From Eledone cirrhosa (taxonomy: Eukaryota): a stretch of 64,000 nucleotides of DNA. Positions within the stretch are counted from its first letter, which is position 1. Each line of letters begins with the position of its first letter. Below the pieces are notes generated by a model. It was not told where the DNA came from and ran no database searches. It saw only the letters and a program-made list of their open reading frames with translations. The stretch covers positions 275,714,001 to 275,778,000 of the forward strand of contig OZ024741.1 in NCBI GenBank assembly GCA_964016885.1. The letters are read 5' to 3'. Of the stretch, positions 14,096-26,940 are shown in pieces. The position numbers and the translations under genes were made by a program.

Positions 14096-17000
14096 GGTGG
14101 CGGCGGTGATGATGATGGTGATGGCGATAATGATGATGATGGTGATGGCAATATTGATGATGATGGTGATGGCAATGATGATGATAATGATGGTGGTGAT
14201 GATGATGATTGTGGTGATGATGGTGATGATGATGGCAGTGATGGTGATGATGGTAATTGTGATTTCTAATTTAGATACAAGGCCAGTAATTTGCAGGGAG
14301 AAGTCAATTATATAGACCCCCCCCCCCCCCCCAGTACTTTACTGGTACTATATTTTATCAACCTTGGAAGGCTGTAAGGCGAAGTTGACCTCCGTTGGGA
14401 TTTGAACTTACAATTTAAAGGGTTGTAACTATATACCACAAGGCATATTGTCTGATGCTCTAACAATTCTGTCAGTGAACCGATGATGATGGTCAAGGTT
14501 ATGATGATGATGATAGTAATGATGATGGTGATGATGATATCAAGCAAGATGATGATGATGATGGTAAAGGTTATGATGATGATAGTAATGATGATGATGT
14601 GCTACACAAAACCACATTAACAAGACATTCATAAAAAGTACAAAGCAACACTATGACTGCATCATATTAAAAATTCAAGTCTTTATTTAAATGTTAAACC
14701 TTTTACAATGATCTGTCCACTATTAAAGATACTATAAACATTTATATTAACAAAATCATTTCTACATATTTTCTACTAAACCATTACAAGATGTTAAGAG
14801 TTAACTCTGTCTATTAATAAAGATACTATAAACATTTGAATTAAACCCTGTTTTTAGATATCTTCAGCTAAATCATGACAGGATGTTAAAGGTTTCTTTA
14901 TGTATTTTTTAAAAGGCGATGACTGAAATTGAAGAGGTTTTTACCCTTGGCAGTGTCAACATACCTGTGTTTGTTGTTACCCTTGGCAGTGTCAACATAC
15001 CTGTGTTTGTTGTTACCTTTGGCAATGTCAATACACCTGTGTTTGTTGTTACCTTTGGCAATGTCAACATACCCGTGTTTGTTATTACCTTTGGCAATGT
15101 CAACATACCCGTGTTTGTTGTTACCTTTGACAGTGTCAACATACCTGTGTTTGTTGTGCTTGGGCAAAACTTCTTCTCCATCGACTCAGTTGATCAGCTG
15201 TAGACAACCATCTCTGTAATCCATCACGCAGCAGTCTTCTTCGACGACTAACACACGCAGCCTCTATGCGAGACTTCTTCCGCAAACTGTTGCACACAAA
15301 CATACGCCATTCTCTAAATACCTGCAAAAAGAAATCATACATCTTATTTTTTAGGTCATTCACGACCAAAGGTGACCCTAAATATATATATATATATATA
15401 TACATACACATATATATACACATTATATACACTATATATACACACACACACACATATATATATATACACACACGTTTTCTTTGTGTAGCATTTTTTTTTC
15501 TGTTACTTCACCTTCTCACTCTCATCTATCTTTCTATTTCTTCTTTTATTTTTTTATTTCTCATTCTATCTTCTGATGAAGGACTAACGTCTGAAACATA
15601 AACACTCTTATATTACTATATCAAGAATTTTAACTAATATATATAATTATTGTACTGTATTGTTTTCCTTGTTGTTTTTCTTCATCAAGTTTCATGTACA
15701 TACAAACATATATGTGCATGTATCATCATCATCATCATCATCGTTTAACATCCATTTTCCATGATTGCATGGGTTAGACAGGTTGTCATGTTATGAGACA
15801 AGTCAGGTCAGATGACCATGTTTCGCTCATATGGAATCTTCCAGAGAAGAGACGGAATGATAAAGAGGAAATAAGAAAGAGATATAAAGTAAGAATCAAC
15901 TCCAGAAGAAGATTGTACTGTTTTTTATCAATTTTGAAAGGATGAAAGGCAAAGGTGACCTAAGCGGGATTCGAACTCAAAGTGCAGAGAACTAGAACAA
16001 ATATTCTATCCAATGTTCAAATGACTCTCCTAATCCACGACCTCTCTACGCCAAACATTTACAATAATCTGTCCAACAGTAAAGGTACTATAAACATTTA
16101 AGTTAACAAACCCGTTTTTAGATATTTTCTGCTAAATTGTTTCAAAGATATTAAAGGGTTAACCCTTTAATATCTTTGAAACATTTACATTACTCTATAT
16201 TTACTATTGTATTTTCACAGTAAAGGCTTTTTCATACACAATTATCTCACATAATATCGAATCTATGACATTTGGACATTATTTATTTTGAGAACAATAT
16301 CTTAATATCAGTATGAGCAGCCGGTTACAGCTGGTTTGAACAGAAAGAGGTGAGAGAATTCTGGCCAGATATGGCCGATTGAAATGCTAAAGAGTTAAAC
16401 AACATCATCCAGTATTTACCTTACGCTGTAGTACTGTACTCCAGTGCCAGAGAGCGATATATGTTTTCCTGTTTTCTACCTGGGAGAGCTGTAGTTGCTG
16501 CTGCCATACAGTAAATGCAACTATTGTAACTCTAGTGTTGCTGAACCAGTCTGCCTGTATCTTTAGAAGCTGCAACACAAATACTACTTTTAAAGTATTA
16601 CACAACAAAACCTAACATCAGGTCTGAACATAGGTTACATATATATATATATATATACTCTTTACAAGGGCAATTGGAATATTTCAGGACTTTATTTCAA
16701 ATTACCACAGGAAGAAACCATTTTTAATTCCTGTTAATAAAACTCTTTTTTTTTCCTTTAAATAAATATCAAAATTTTACAACATATATATTTTAGTGTA
16801 TATATTTTAAATAAACTTACTGTGTATCTCTGGTTTTACAGTATATATATTTTTCACAACAAACTTACTGTGTATAAGTGGTTTTACAATAAATATACTG
16901 TGTATCTCTGGTTTTATAGTGTATATATTTTTCACACCAAACTTACTAAGTATAAGTGGTTTTACAGTATATATACTGTATATCTATGGTTTTATAGTGT

Positions 17001-20000
17001 ATATATTTTTCACACCAAACTTACTAAGTATAAGTGGTTTTACAGTATATATACTGTATATCTATGGTTTTATAGTGTATATATTTTTAGCACCAAACTT
17101 ACTGTGTATATCTGGTTTGTTGTAAAAGGTGACTAAAACGGTGGCCACCAGCAAGGGCACTCAACCATAAAACATTGCCTTAAAAATATCCCATGACATA
17201 TATGATGCTTGTTGTGGGGACTACAATGTTATGCATTGCTTTAGCCAAGGGTTACTCCATATAAAAAAACCCAGTTTCAGAAAAATTTCCCAGGTGACCC
17301 TGTAAGATCCCCCTGAAAAAATTCATACTAGCACCTATATGATGGAAAAATATCAAGTATTAGGTCAATATCTTTGATAGTTTTGAAATTATAGGCCTTT
17401 AAAATATTAATTAATTATACATTTTTTCCGAACGAGCCTCTCAGACCAATTTGAGACAGCCATTTCTCCTCTAATAAGGTAAGCACAACTTTGAAATCAT
17501 GGGTTTGGTGCTAACTTTTTCTGTAGAGTTTAAATATCTTATCAAATCAAGTATATTTTGTATATTTTTCCATCTACAGGCCTCTGAAAATTGCCAAGAA
17601 TTAAACGTACAGCAAATAAATGTATGCCTCTTTTAGGTATTTCTATCTTAATAGGTACATTAGATAAAACAACCCTAATTGTTTTCATGTTACTTAACAT
17701 ATAGTAAACCATTTCTGAGCAGTAACCATGTTAGTTACTATTATGGGATGGTCAGAATAAGTTTTTAAAATATGTGCGATTTCAAAAAATGCCCATTTGA
17801 AGCCCTTTGTTGACCATGTGGGCAGTTCACAATCGTTTTCAAATTTTTACCATGCATACTTATGAAGATGATGTGACAGAAATTTGGTTTTGTTGCTGAG
17901 CTTCTTTTCAGAGGTGTGAATTTTTAGAAATTCAGTTGTCAGTGCTTTGTACAGGATCAACTTATTCATAAAGCATGGATATAAAACACCGTTCACAGGC
18001 ATGCAACATGCTGTTTTATATCCATGCTTTATGACTAAGTTGATCCTGTACAAAACACTGAAAAGAAGCTCAGCAACAAAACCAAATTTCTGTCACATCA
18101 TCTTTAGAAGTATAAGAATGCATGGTAAAAGAATGCATGGAAAACGATAGTGAACTGCCCACATGGTGAACTAAGGGCTTCAAATGGAAATTTTTTGAAA
18201 TCGCACATATTTCAAAAATTTATTCTGACACTCCCATAATAGTAACTAACATGGTTACTGCTCAGTAACAGGAAAACAATTATGGTCGCTTTATCTAGTG
18301 TACCTATTGAGATAGAAATACCTAAAAGAGGCATACATTTAATTCTTGGCGATTTTCAGAGGCCTGTAGATGGAAAAATATATAAAATAAACTTGATTTG
18401 ATAAGATATTTGAACTCTACAGAAAAAGTTAGCCCCAAACGCATGATTTCAAAGTTGTGCTTACCTTATTAGAGGAGAAATGGCTGTCTCAAGTAGGTGT
18501 GAGAGGCTCGTTAGGAAAAAATGTATAATTAATTAATATTTTAAAGGCCTACAATTTCAAAACTATCAAAGATATTGATCTAATACTTGATATTTTTCCC
18601 ATCATATAGGTGCAGGAGCTAGTATGAATTTTTTCAGGGAGATCTGAGAGGGTCATCTGGGACCCTCTGGGTGATTTGAGATGGAATGACCCCCAAAGTA
18701 AAAAAAACCCCCAAAACACCAAAGTAATGTACTGACCTTCTTCTTGTAATTGGTGATAACCCACTGTGTCCAGGCAAGAATGGTCTTTGCTAAAAGTCTC
18801 CTTCGGTGATGTACAACTGCCGTCTGCCACTGGAGACGTCTCAACACAGAACTTTGGTATTGGGTATGCCACACATTGTACAGTCGCCACACATGACCTG
18901 AATACAATATATATATATACATATATATATATCATCATCGCTGTTTAACATTATATATATATATGTATGTATTTATGTAAAAAGTATGCAAAACTAACAA
19001 AGCAAATGCCACAGTACAATGAAGAAATATATTAGTTTAACACTTGAAATTATAGGAAAAGAGTCTTAAAGTTTCAGACACTTATATGACTGATAAGTTC
19101 CTCAGAAAGCTGGTTCAATGTAGTATAAATATATAAAGGGCAAAGGTTGATAAATAAACCAAAAGAAAGTGATGTTTTACCCATTATATTTCAAGATAAT
19201 ATTTCAGGGCTATAACCCTTTTTTCAAATGTGAAACAAAAACGGTTCAAAACAAAAAACAAACACTCGATATGTTGTTCCCTAATTGGTTTAAGTGTCTA
19301 AAATTCACGTGTGGAGCCATTATAGTAGCCAATCCGCTTTGTGCATTTCCAATCTATTTTTTTATATGTGTTTTTTTTTCTTGTTCATGACAATGTATAT
19401 AAATATATATATATATATATATAGATTTCTCAGAGGTTTTGCTCCCTATTTGATTTCTTCCCTAAGTAAACTGTGGTATGAACAATAAAATGTCTTGCCC
19501 CAACAAAACACATGGAAACACATAGAGTAATAAAAACCTACTCACGGTGCTCCAAGGTAGTTTGAACTGTGCTCACCCAGCTTCGGGTCTCTGATTTCTT
19601 GTAGGCATGGATGGCTGAATAGGCGCGCCATGTGAACATGATCTGTGGCATAAGAGAGATAGATACATTGGACAAAGATGAAAGATGACCTTAAAATGAA
19701 GGTTGTGATGAGGCCTGTAAGGTTAAACCCTGTTTTAGCAGGGAAGATGACCTTAAAATGAAGGTTGTGATGAGGCCTGTAAGGTTAAACCCTGTTTTAG
19801 CAGGGAAGATGACCTTAAAATGAAGGTTGTGATGAGGCCTGTAAGGTTAAACCCTGTTTTAGCAGGGAAGATGACCTTAAAATGAAGGTTGTGATGAGGC
19901 CTGTAAGGTTAAACCCTGTTTTAGCAGGGAAGATGACCTTAAAAATGAAGGTTGTGATGAGGCCTGTAAGCTTGAACCTTGGTTTAGTAAGGAAGATGGT

Positions 20001-20623
20001 CTTAAAGTACTTGATGTTTGATGTCGTATTACAGTAAACGAAAGCAAGTCACCTTTGAGAGTAAATTTCTGTTGTAAAACACTGCAGCTGTGCACTCCTG
20101 CTGTCTGTTATGCATTCCTTCACTACATACTGCACGCCACTGCACAAATCTCTCTCTACAAAAGATACAGAATATTTCTATAAATAAGTAACAAAGTATG
20201 CATACAAACATACAAAGTTAAAAACATTCATATGTGTGTGTGTATATATATTTATATACAAGCATGGAAAAAACATGCAAAAATGGGAGCCCCTGCATGG
20301 ACACACTGGAAGAAGGAGACCGTGGTTGACATATGTTTATGCCCAAGGACTTAGATTCTGCATATGCTGCAGCGAAAGAAAAAGGCAATGGCCATGCTCA
20401 TGCAACACATGTGAAAGTTGTTTAGATCAAGTGAATTCCTGTGCCTGAAGATTTTTTAGGTGAAGAAAGGCTAGAGCTGTGAAATCTTACATGCATTAAT
20501 TTCAACTTTTCTTATTAATGACTGCATTGTTTCTTTCCGGGGACTATGTTGAAAAAATAAACCTCATTTGGTCATTTCATGAGAGTATCTTGGTCAGCCT
20601 ATGAACTTTTCAGCCGACCCTTG

Positions 20624-20654
<31 letters not shown>

Positions 20655-23600
20655 CTGAAAGTGGACTGAAAAGTTAATAGGCTGACTATGAAGAAGTGAT
20701 GCTAGAGCTGTGACCCTCGTGTAAGTGTGTGTCAGGGATTTTCCCCTACACTTCATTATTCACAAGTCTGATGAGACTCGACAGGTTATATATATATATA
20801 TACACGCTGACAGACACTTACATACACATCTGCATATATACCCACACATTATATATATATATAAACATACGTAGAGATAATAGAATGCTGTAGTTTGCTT
20901 GAAGCAGTGTGTAAAACAAGATGAGACGAGAGAATCAGTGTATTGTGATTTGGTTTACTTACTTCAGTATCTTGTGACGGGAAATTAAATACATCTTCAT
21001 GGCTTCCATTTTTACTGAACGACACTGTGTGATGTAGAGATGCCAGGCAAAGAAATATTTACGATAGAGATGAGATTCGTAATGTTGCCGTGCACGACTG
21101 TATATCAATTCCTTCTGTTGACACATCTGATGATACTATACAGGTAAAAAACAAGATATATATATATAAATGGTTTATAGGTTTATATAATATATAGAAA
21201 AACCTCCTTAGTGTTGGAGATCTACACAATAAAAAGACATTTATATATATATATATCATCACTGTTTAACATGTATTTTTCCATGCTTGCATGGGTTAGA
21301 CGGGTCATCCACATCATGAAACAAGGCCATGCTGTACCTTGCTCAAACAGAACTGTATTTTGGCTGGGGTTTTTTACAGCTGGATGCCCTTCCTAACACC
21401 AACCACGTTTACAATATAAATATATGGTTGAAAGGTTTATATAATATATAAATACTAGAAAACTGCCCTCGTGTTCGTGATTTACAGAATAAGCCCCCAG
21501 TACACTCTAAAGTAGTTGGTGATAGGAAGATTATTGGGCCATACAAAACTGGCTAAACAAAGTGTCAGGAAGACTCTTGAGCTATGCCGAAGACATGACA
21601 AATTTCTCTAGTGTTGATGCCATGATAAAAAGCACTCAGTAGAGTGAAGGATCATATGTTGGGCCCCTGACCAACTTGGAAGTCTGGAGCTCCACTTGAG
21701 TACTGACCAGCCTGTGATGACATGTCCGACCTAAGCTGGCAGGCAAAATGAACATTAAACGATGATGATGATGATGATGATAGTATATCTGTGTTATAAA
21801 TATTGAAAACAGTTATATTAATTATAGTGAATTTTTATTGATATAAAAACAAAGTTTCTTTTGCTCTATATGAACTCTCCTACACTCATCTTTCTACACC
21901 TTAACTTTTTAGCCTTTACATTACTCTGTATTTACTATTATATTTTCATAGTAAAGGCTTTATCTCACATAATATCAAATCTATGAGATTTTGATACTAT
22001 TTATTTTGAGAACAATACCTTAACATCAGTATGAGTGGCTGGTTACAGCTGGTTTGAATAGAAAGAGGTGAGCGAATTTTGGCTGGATATGGCTAGTTTA
22101 AATGCTAAAGGGTTAACCTGCCTCCTCTCCCAGAACAGTTACTACACCTCTTAACCCTTTAGCATTTATATTACTCTATATATACTATTGTATTTTCGCG
22201 GTAAATACTTTATTTCACATAATTATCTCATATAATATAGAATCTATGAGATTTTGATATTTATTTTGAGAATAATACCTTAATGTTGGATGAGCAGCCA
22301 GTTACGGCTGGTTTGAACAGAGTGAGGTGAGAGAATTCTGGCCGGATGCAGCCAGTTTAAATGCTAAAGAGTTAATCCAACCAATTCTCATTTTAATTCT
22401 GTCACCCTCACAAATACGTACACACAATCAAACATAAACACACACATATATATATATATGTGTGAGTACCTGAATCCAAGCTGACAAACATCTGTATTGA
22501 ATGTGACTGTAATACCAGACTGTAGCAAACATTTCAAGACGATTCCTGCAAGAAAAAGATTTGGGTAGATTTAGAAAGACAGTTTATCAAATGTGTAATG
22601 AATAACTTTCATAAGCAGTGAATTGGCAGAGTTGTTAGAATGTTGGATAGAATGCTTTGTGGTATTTGTTCTGGCTCTCTGCAGTGCCCACGACTTTTTA
22701 AAGCCTTTTTTTACTGTCTCTTATCCCATACTATACTGCACTGCACTGAGTACACTCTGTAAAGTGGTTGGTAATAGGAAGGGTATCAATGTATAGTAAA
22801 ACCTGTCAAACAACAGTTAACAAGGACTCTTCAGTTGTATCAAAGCTCTGACAGCCTCTCTAGTATTGGTGATCTACATGATAAATGTACCCAATACACT
22901 CTGTAAAGTGAATAGTGATAAGGAGGGCATCCAGCTACAGTAAAACCTGTCAAACAACAGGTAACGAGGGCTCTTCAACTGTATCAAAGACATGACAGCC
23001 ACCCTAGTGTTGGTGATTTATGTGATAAACATACTCAATACACTCTGTAAAGTAGTTGGTAATAGGCAGGGCATCCAGCTATAAAAAGAACTCTTCAGCT
23101 GTGACAGTGCTGGTGCCACAATAAAATAAAATTGGTAGAGTGTGGGAATATATGTAAGCAAGAAGCACCCCCTCCTGAAAATGAATGTTAAATGATGATG
23201 CTGATAATGATATATATATAGCCGAAGCTGAAGCATATAGACAATATGGTCATGGAGGTGCCTTGGCAAAAAACCACCCAGCCCACACTGTAAAGTTGAG
23301 CAAGACACTTTATTTCACATTGCTCCAGTTTACTCAGCTGTAGAAATGAAATGATAGGGAGTGGGGCTCATATCATTCCACTACAAAGTGGTCGTGGAGG
23401 TGCCACGGCAAAAAAGCACCCAGCACTCACTGTAAATGAAGTTGGTGTTAGGAAGGGCATCCAGCTGTAGAAATCAAGCCAGAATCAGTTCCCGTATGAG
23501 CAAGACAAGGCCAGCAGATTGGGCACTGCCCACAACAGGACAACCTGTCTAACCCATGCTAGTGTGGAAGAATGAACATAAAACGGTGACAATGATGATG

Positions 23601-24802
23601 ATATATATATTGGAAAATGTGATATCCTTGGTACATTATCATCGTTTAACGTCTATCTTCCAAGCTAGCATGGGTTAGATGGGTTTATCCCATCTAGAGG
23701 CAACTTGGGTCGGGCGACCCAAGTTGACCGATCGGGTGACCGTCTCACACTCATACAGGACGGTTTCTGGTTGGTTTTCTATGGCTGGATGCCCTTCCTA
23801 GCGCCAACCACATTTACAGTGTGTGCTGAGTGCTGTTTGCCGTGTCTTTTACATGACCACTTTACAGTGGAAGTTTTGTGGAACCAACATAACATATACA
23901 CACAAAAATACATATATATGTATATATATATATACACATATGGTGTATATATATATATATATATACACATGCAATGTTACATGGCAGTGAGACTTGGGCA
24001 TTGTGTGCAGAGGATCTACGCAGACTGGAGAGGAACGAAGCTTGCATGCTCTGTTGGATGTGTAATAGTAATATACATGAACGGCAAAGTATAAATGAAC
24101 TAAGGGAGAAATTAGGAATAAGAGGGATCAGATGCTGTTTACTCGAGAGAAGACTATGTTGGTATGGTCACGTGATGCGCATGAAAGACGACAGCTGTAT
24201 AAAAAAGTGCAGGGCGATCAAAATAGACGGTAGCCACGGAGTAGGCAGACCCAGAAAAACCTGGGACGACTTGATAAATTCCGACCTCACACACTTACAC
24301 CTCTCCAAGACAATGTCACTGGACTGAGATCTTTGGCGCTACGCAGTAATACAGAAGACCTGCCTTGCCTAAGTGCAAAGCGAAACCTACAGTCAGTAGG
24401 CACCTCTTACCAAAATACACCCCCGTCCCACTACCCCCACCCCATCCACACCACCCCCTTTTGATGTAAAGTTATGTTGGTACCACAACATCCAGTCCGA
24501 AATAAATGAGGTCGTGTAGGTGTCACGACAAAAAAAAAACACAGTCCACGCTGTAATGTGGCCGTGTAGGTAACACGGTAAAAACCTCACGGTCCACGCT
24601 GTAAACGTGGTTGGTGTTAGGAAGGGCATCCAGCCGTAGAAAACCCGCCAGACAGTCCTATACGAGCAATACAACCAATCTTGCCTCAAGTGGGAAAATT
24701 CCCGTCCAAGCCCATGCAAGTGTGGAAGATGGACGTTAAACGATGATGATGATGATGATGATACACATATGGTGTATATATATATACACACATACACATA
24801 TG

Positions 24803-24846
<44 letters not shown>

Positions 24847-26896
24847 GCATAGTCTATACATACACATATCATCATCACCTCCGTCTTATGTCCATTTTCC
24901 ACACTAACATGGGTTGGACGGGTTGTCCTATTGTGGGCAATCCTAGGTCAGGTGACCATGTCTTGCTCATACCGATCTGGTTCTGACTTGGTTACTATAG
25001 CCAGATGCCCTTCCTAACCTCAACCTCAATTTACTGTGAGTACTGGGTGCTTTTTGTCGTGACGCCTTCATGACCACTTTACAGTGTGGGGTGGGGGGAG
25101 TGGAGCTTCACTGGGTACAGTTAGATATATTTGAAAAAAAAAAGAAAAAGAATGACTTCACTTGTATTTGCTGTTCTAATTTTATAATTGTACAATTTTA
25201 CAATTTTGCTAAAATTGTAAAATTGTAAAATTAAATTGTTTAGATCACCAACTACAAGTGAAGTCATTCTTTTCTTTTTTTTCAACTATATATATATAAA
25301 TATACACACACACATACTTACATGTTGTGTATATCCTCTATATATTGTCTCCAAGCCAGAAAGTGTGTTCTCAATGTGTTCTTTTGCCGATGGGAGCAGG
25401 CCTTGTCCTAAAGAGAATGACAGAGAATGTTTATTGATATGGTGAAATTGACTATATTGTGACAGTATTGTGACAGTATTGTGTCTGCATTGCGATAGTA
25501 TTTTGACTATATTGTGGCTGTATTGTGACAATATTGTTACTATATAATGATAATATTGTGACTATATTGTGATATCATTGTGACTATTGTGACTGTATTG
25601 TGACTGTATTGTGACTTTATTGTCACAATATTATGGGTGTATTGTGACTATATTGCGACAGTATTTTGACTATATTGTGGCTGTATTGTGACAATATTGT
25701 GACTATATTGTGACAATTAACTATATTGTGACTGAATAGTTACCATATTGTGATATTATTGTGACTATATTGTGACTATATTATGACTATATTGTGACTT
25801 TATTGTTGCATGTTGTGTGACAGTAGATGTGGTATAGGCGACATACAAGGAGAAAGCTTCTACATGACCAGCTAGAAATAAAAACAAAATCTACTTCAAA
25901 TCACATCATATCATCTTAGAAAAGATGTGATGGTCATGGCTAGAATGTCTTCCATCATAGGTTTAGTTGATCACAGCTGACCTAGGGCTAAACTATAGTG
26001 CTCATTCCATAATAGGTTTAGTTGATCATGGCTGACCTAGGGCTAAACTATAGTGCTCATTCCATAATAGGTTTAGTTGATCATGGCTGACCTAGGGCTA
26101 AACTATAGTGCTCATTCCATAATAGGTTTAGTTGATCATGGCTGACCTAGGGCTAAACTATAGTGCTTATTTCATCATAGGTTTAGTTGATCATGGCTGA
26201 CCTAGGGCTAAACTATAGTGCTTATTTCATCATAGGTTTAGTTGATCATGGCTGACCTAGGGCTAAACTATAGTGCTCATTCCATAATAGGTTTAGTTGA
26301 TCATGGCTGACCTAGGGCTAAACTATAGTGCTTATTTCATCATAGGTTTAGTTGATCATGGCTGACCTAGGGCTAAACTATAGTGCTCATTCCATAATAG
26401 GTTTAGTTGATCATGGCTGACCTAGGGCTAAACTATAGTGCTTATTTCATCATAGGTTTAGTTGATCATGGCTGACCTAGGGCTAAACTATAGTGCTCAT
26501 TCCATAATAGGTTTAGTTGATCATGGCTGACCTAGGGTTAAACTATAGTGCTTATTCCACCATAGGTTTAGTTGATCATGGCTGACCTAGGGCTAAACTC
26601 AGTCAATCTAAGAAGTTACTTACCACCATATGGTACTGTGATTTTCGTTTCTTCCAGGTTTCGAAAGTCTTGGACATTGTTATTCTATTATAATGGACAA
26701 TTGCCTGGAAAAGATGACACAAAGAGACACAATTCCAATTAGAGTCACAATGGAAGAGGCTAGAAAGTATGTATGTATTGACCTATGGCACCTGGTGGAG
26801 TCGTTGGGGTGTGCCTTAGTGACAGACAGTGAGTCTTGGACATTTTAAACTTGGTGGAGCCTATCTCCTCGCCAGGTCTGAATAGTTGATTTCTTC

Positions 26897-26940
<44 letters not shown>

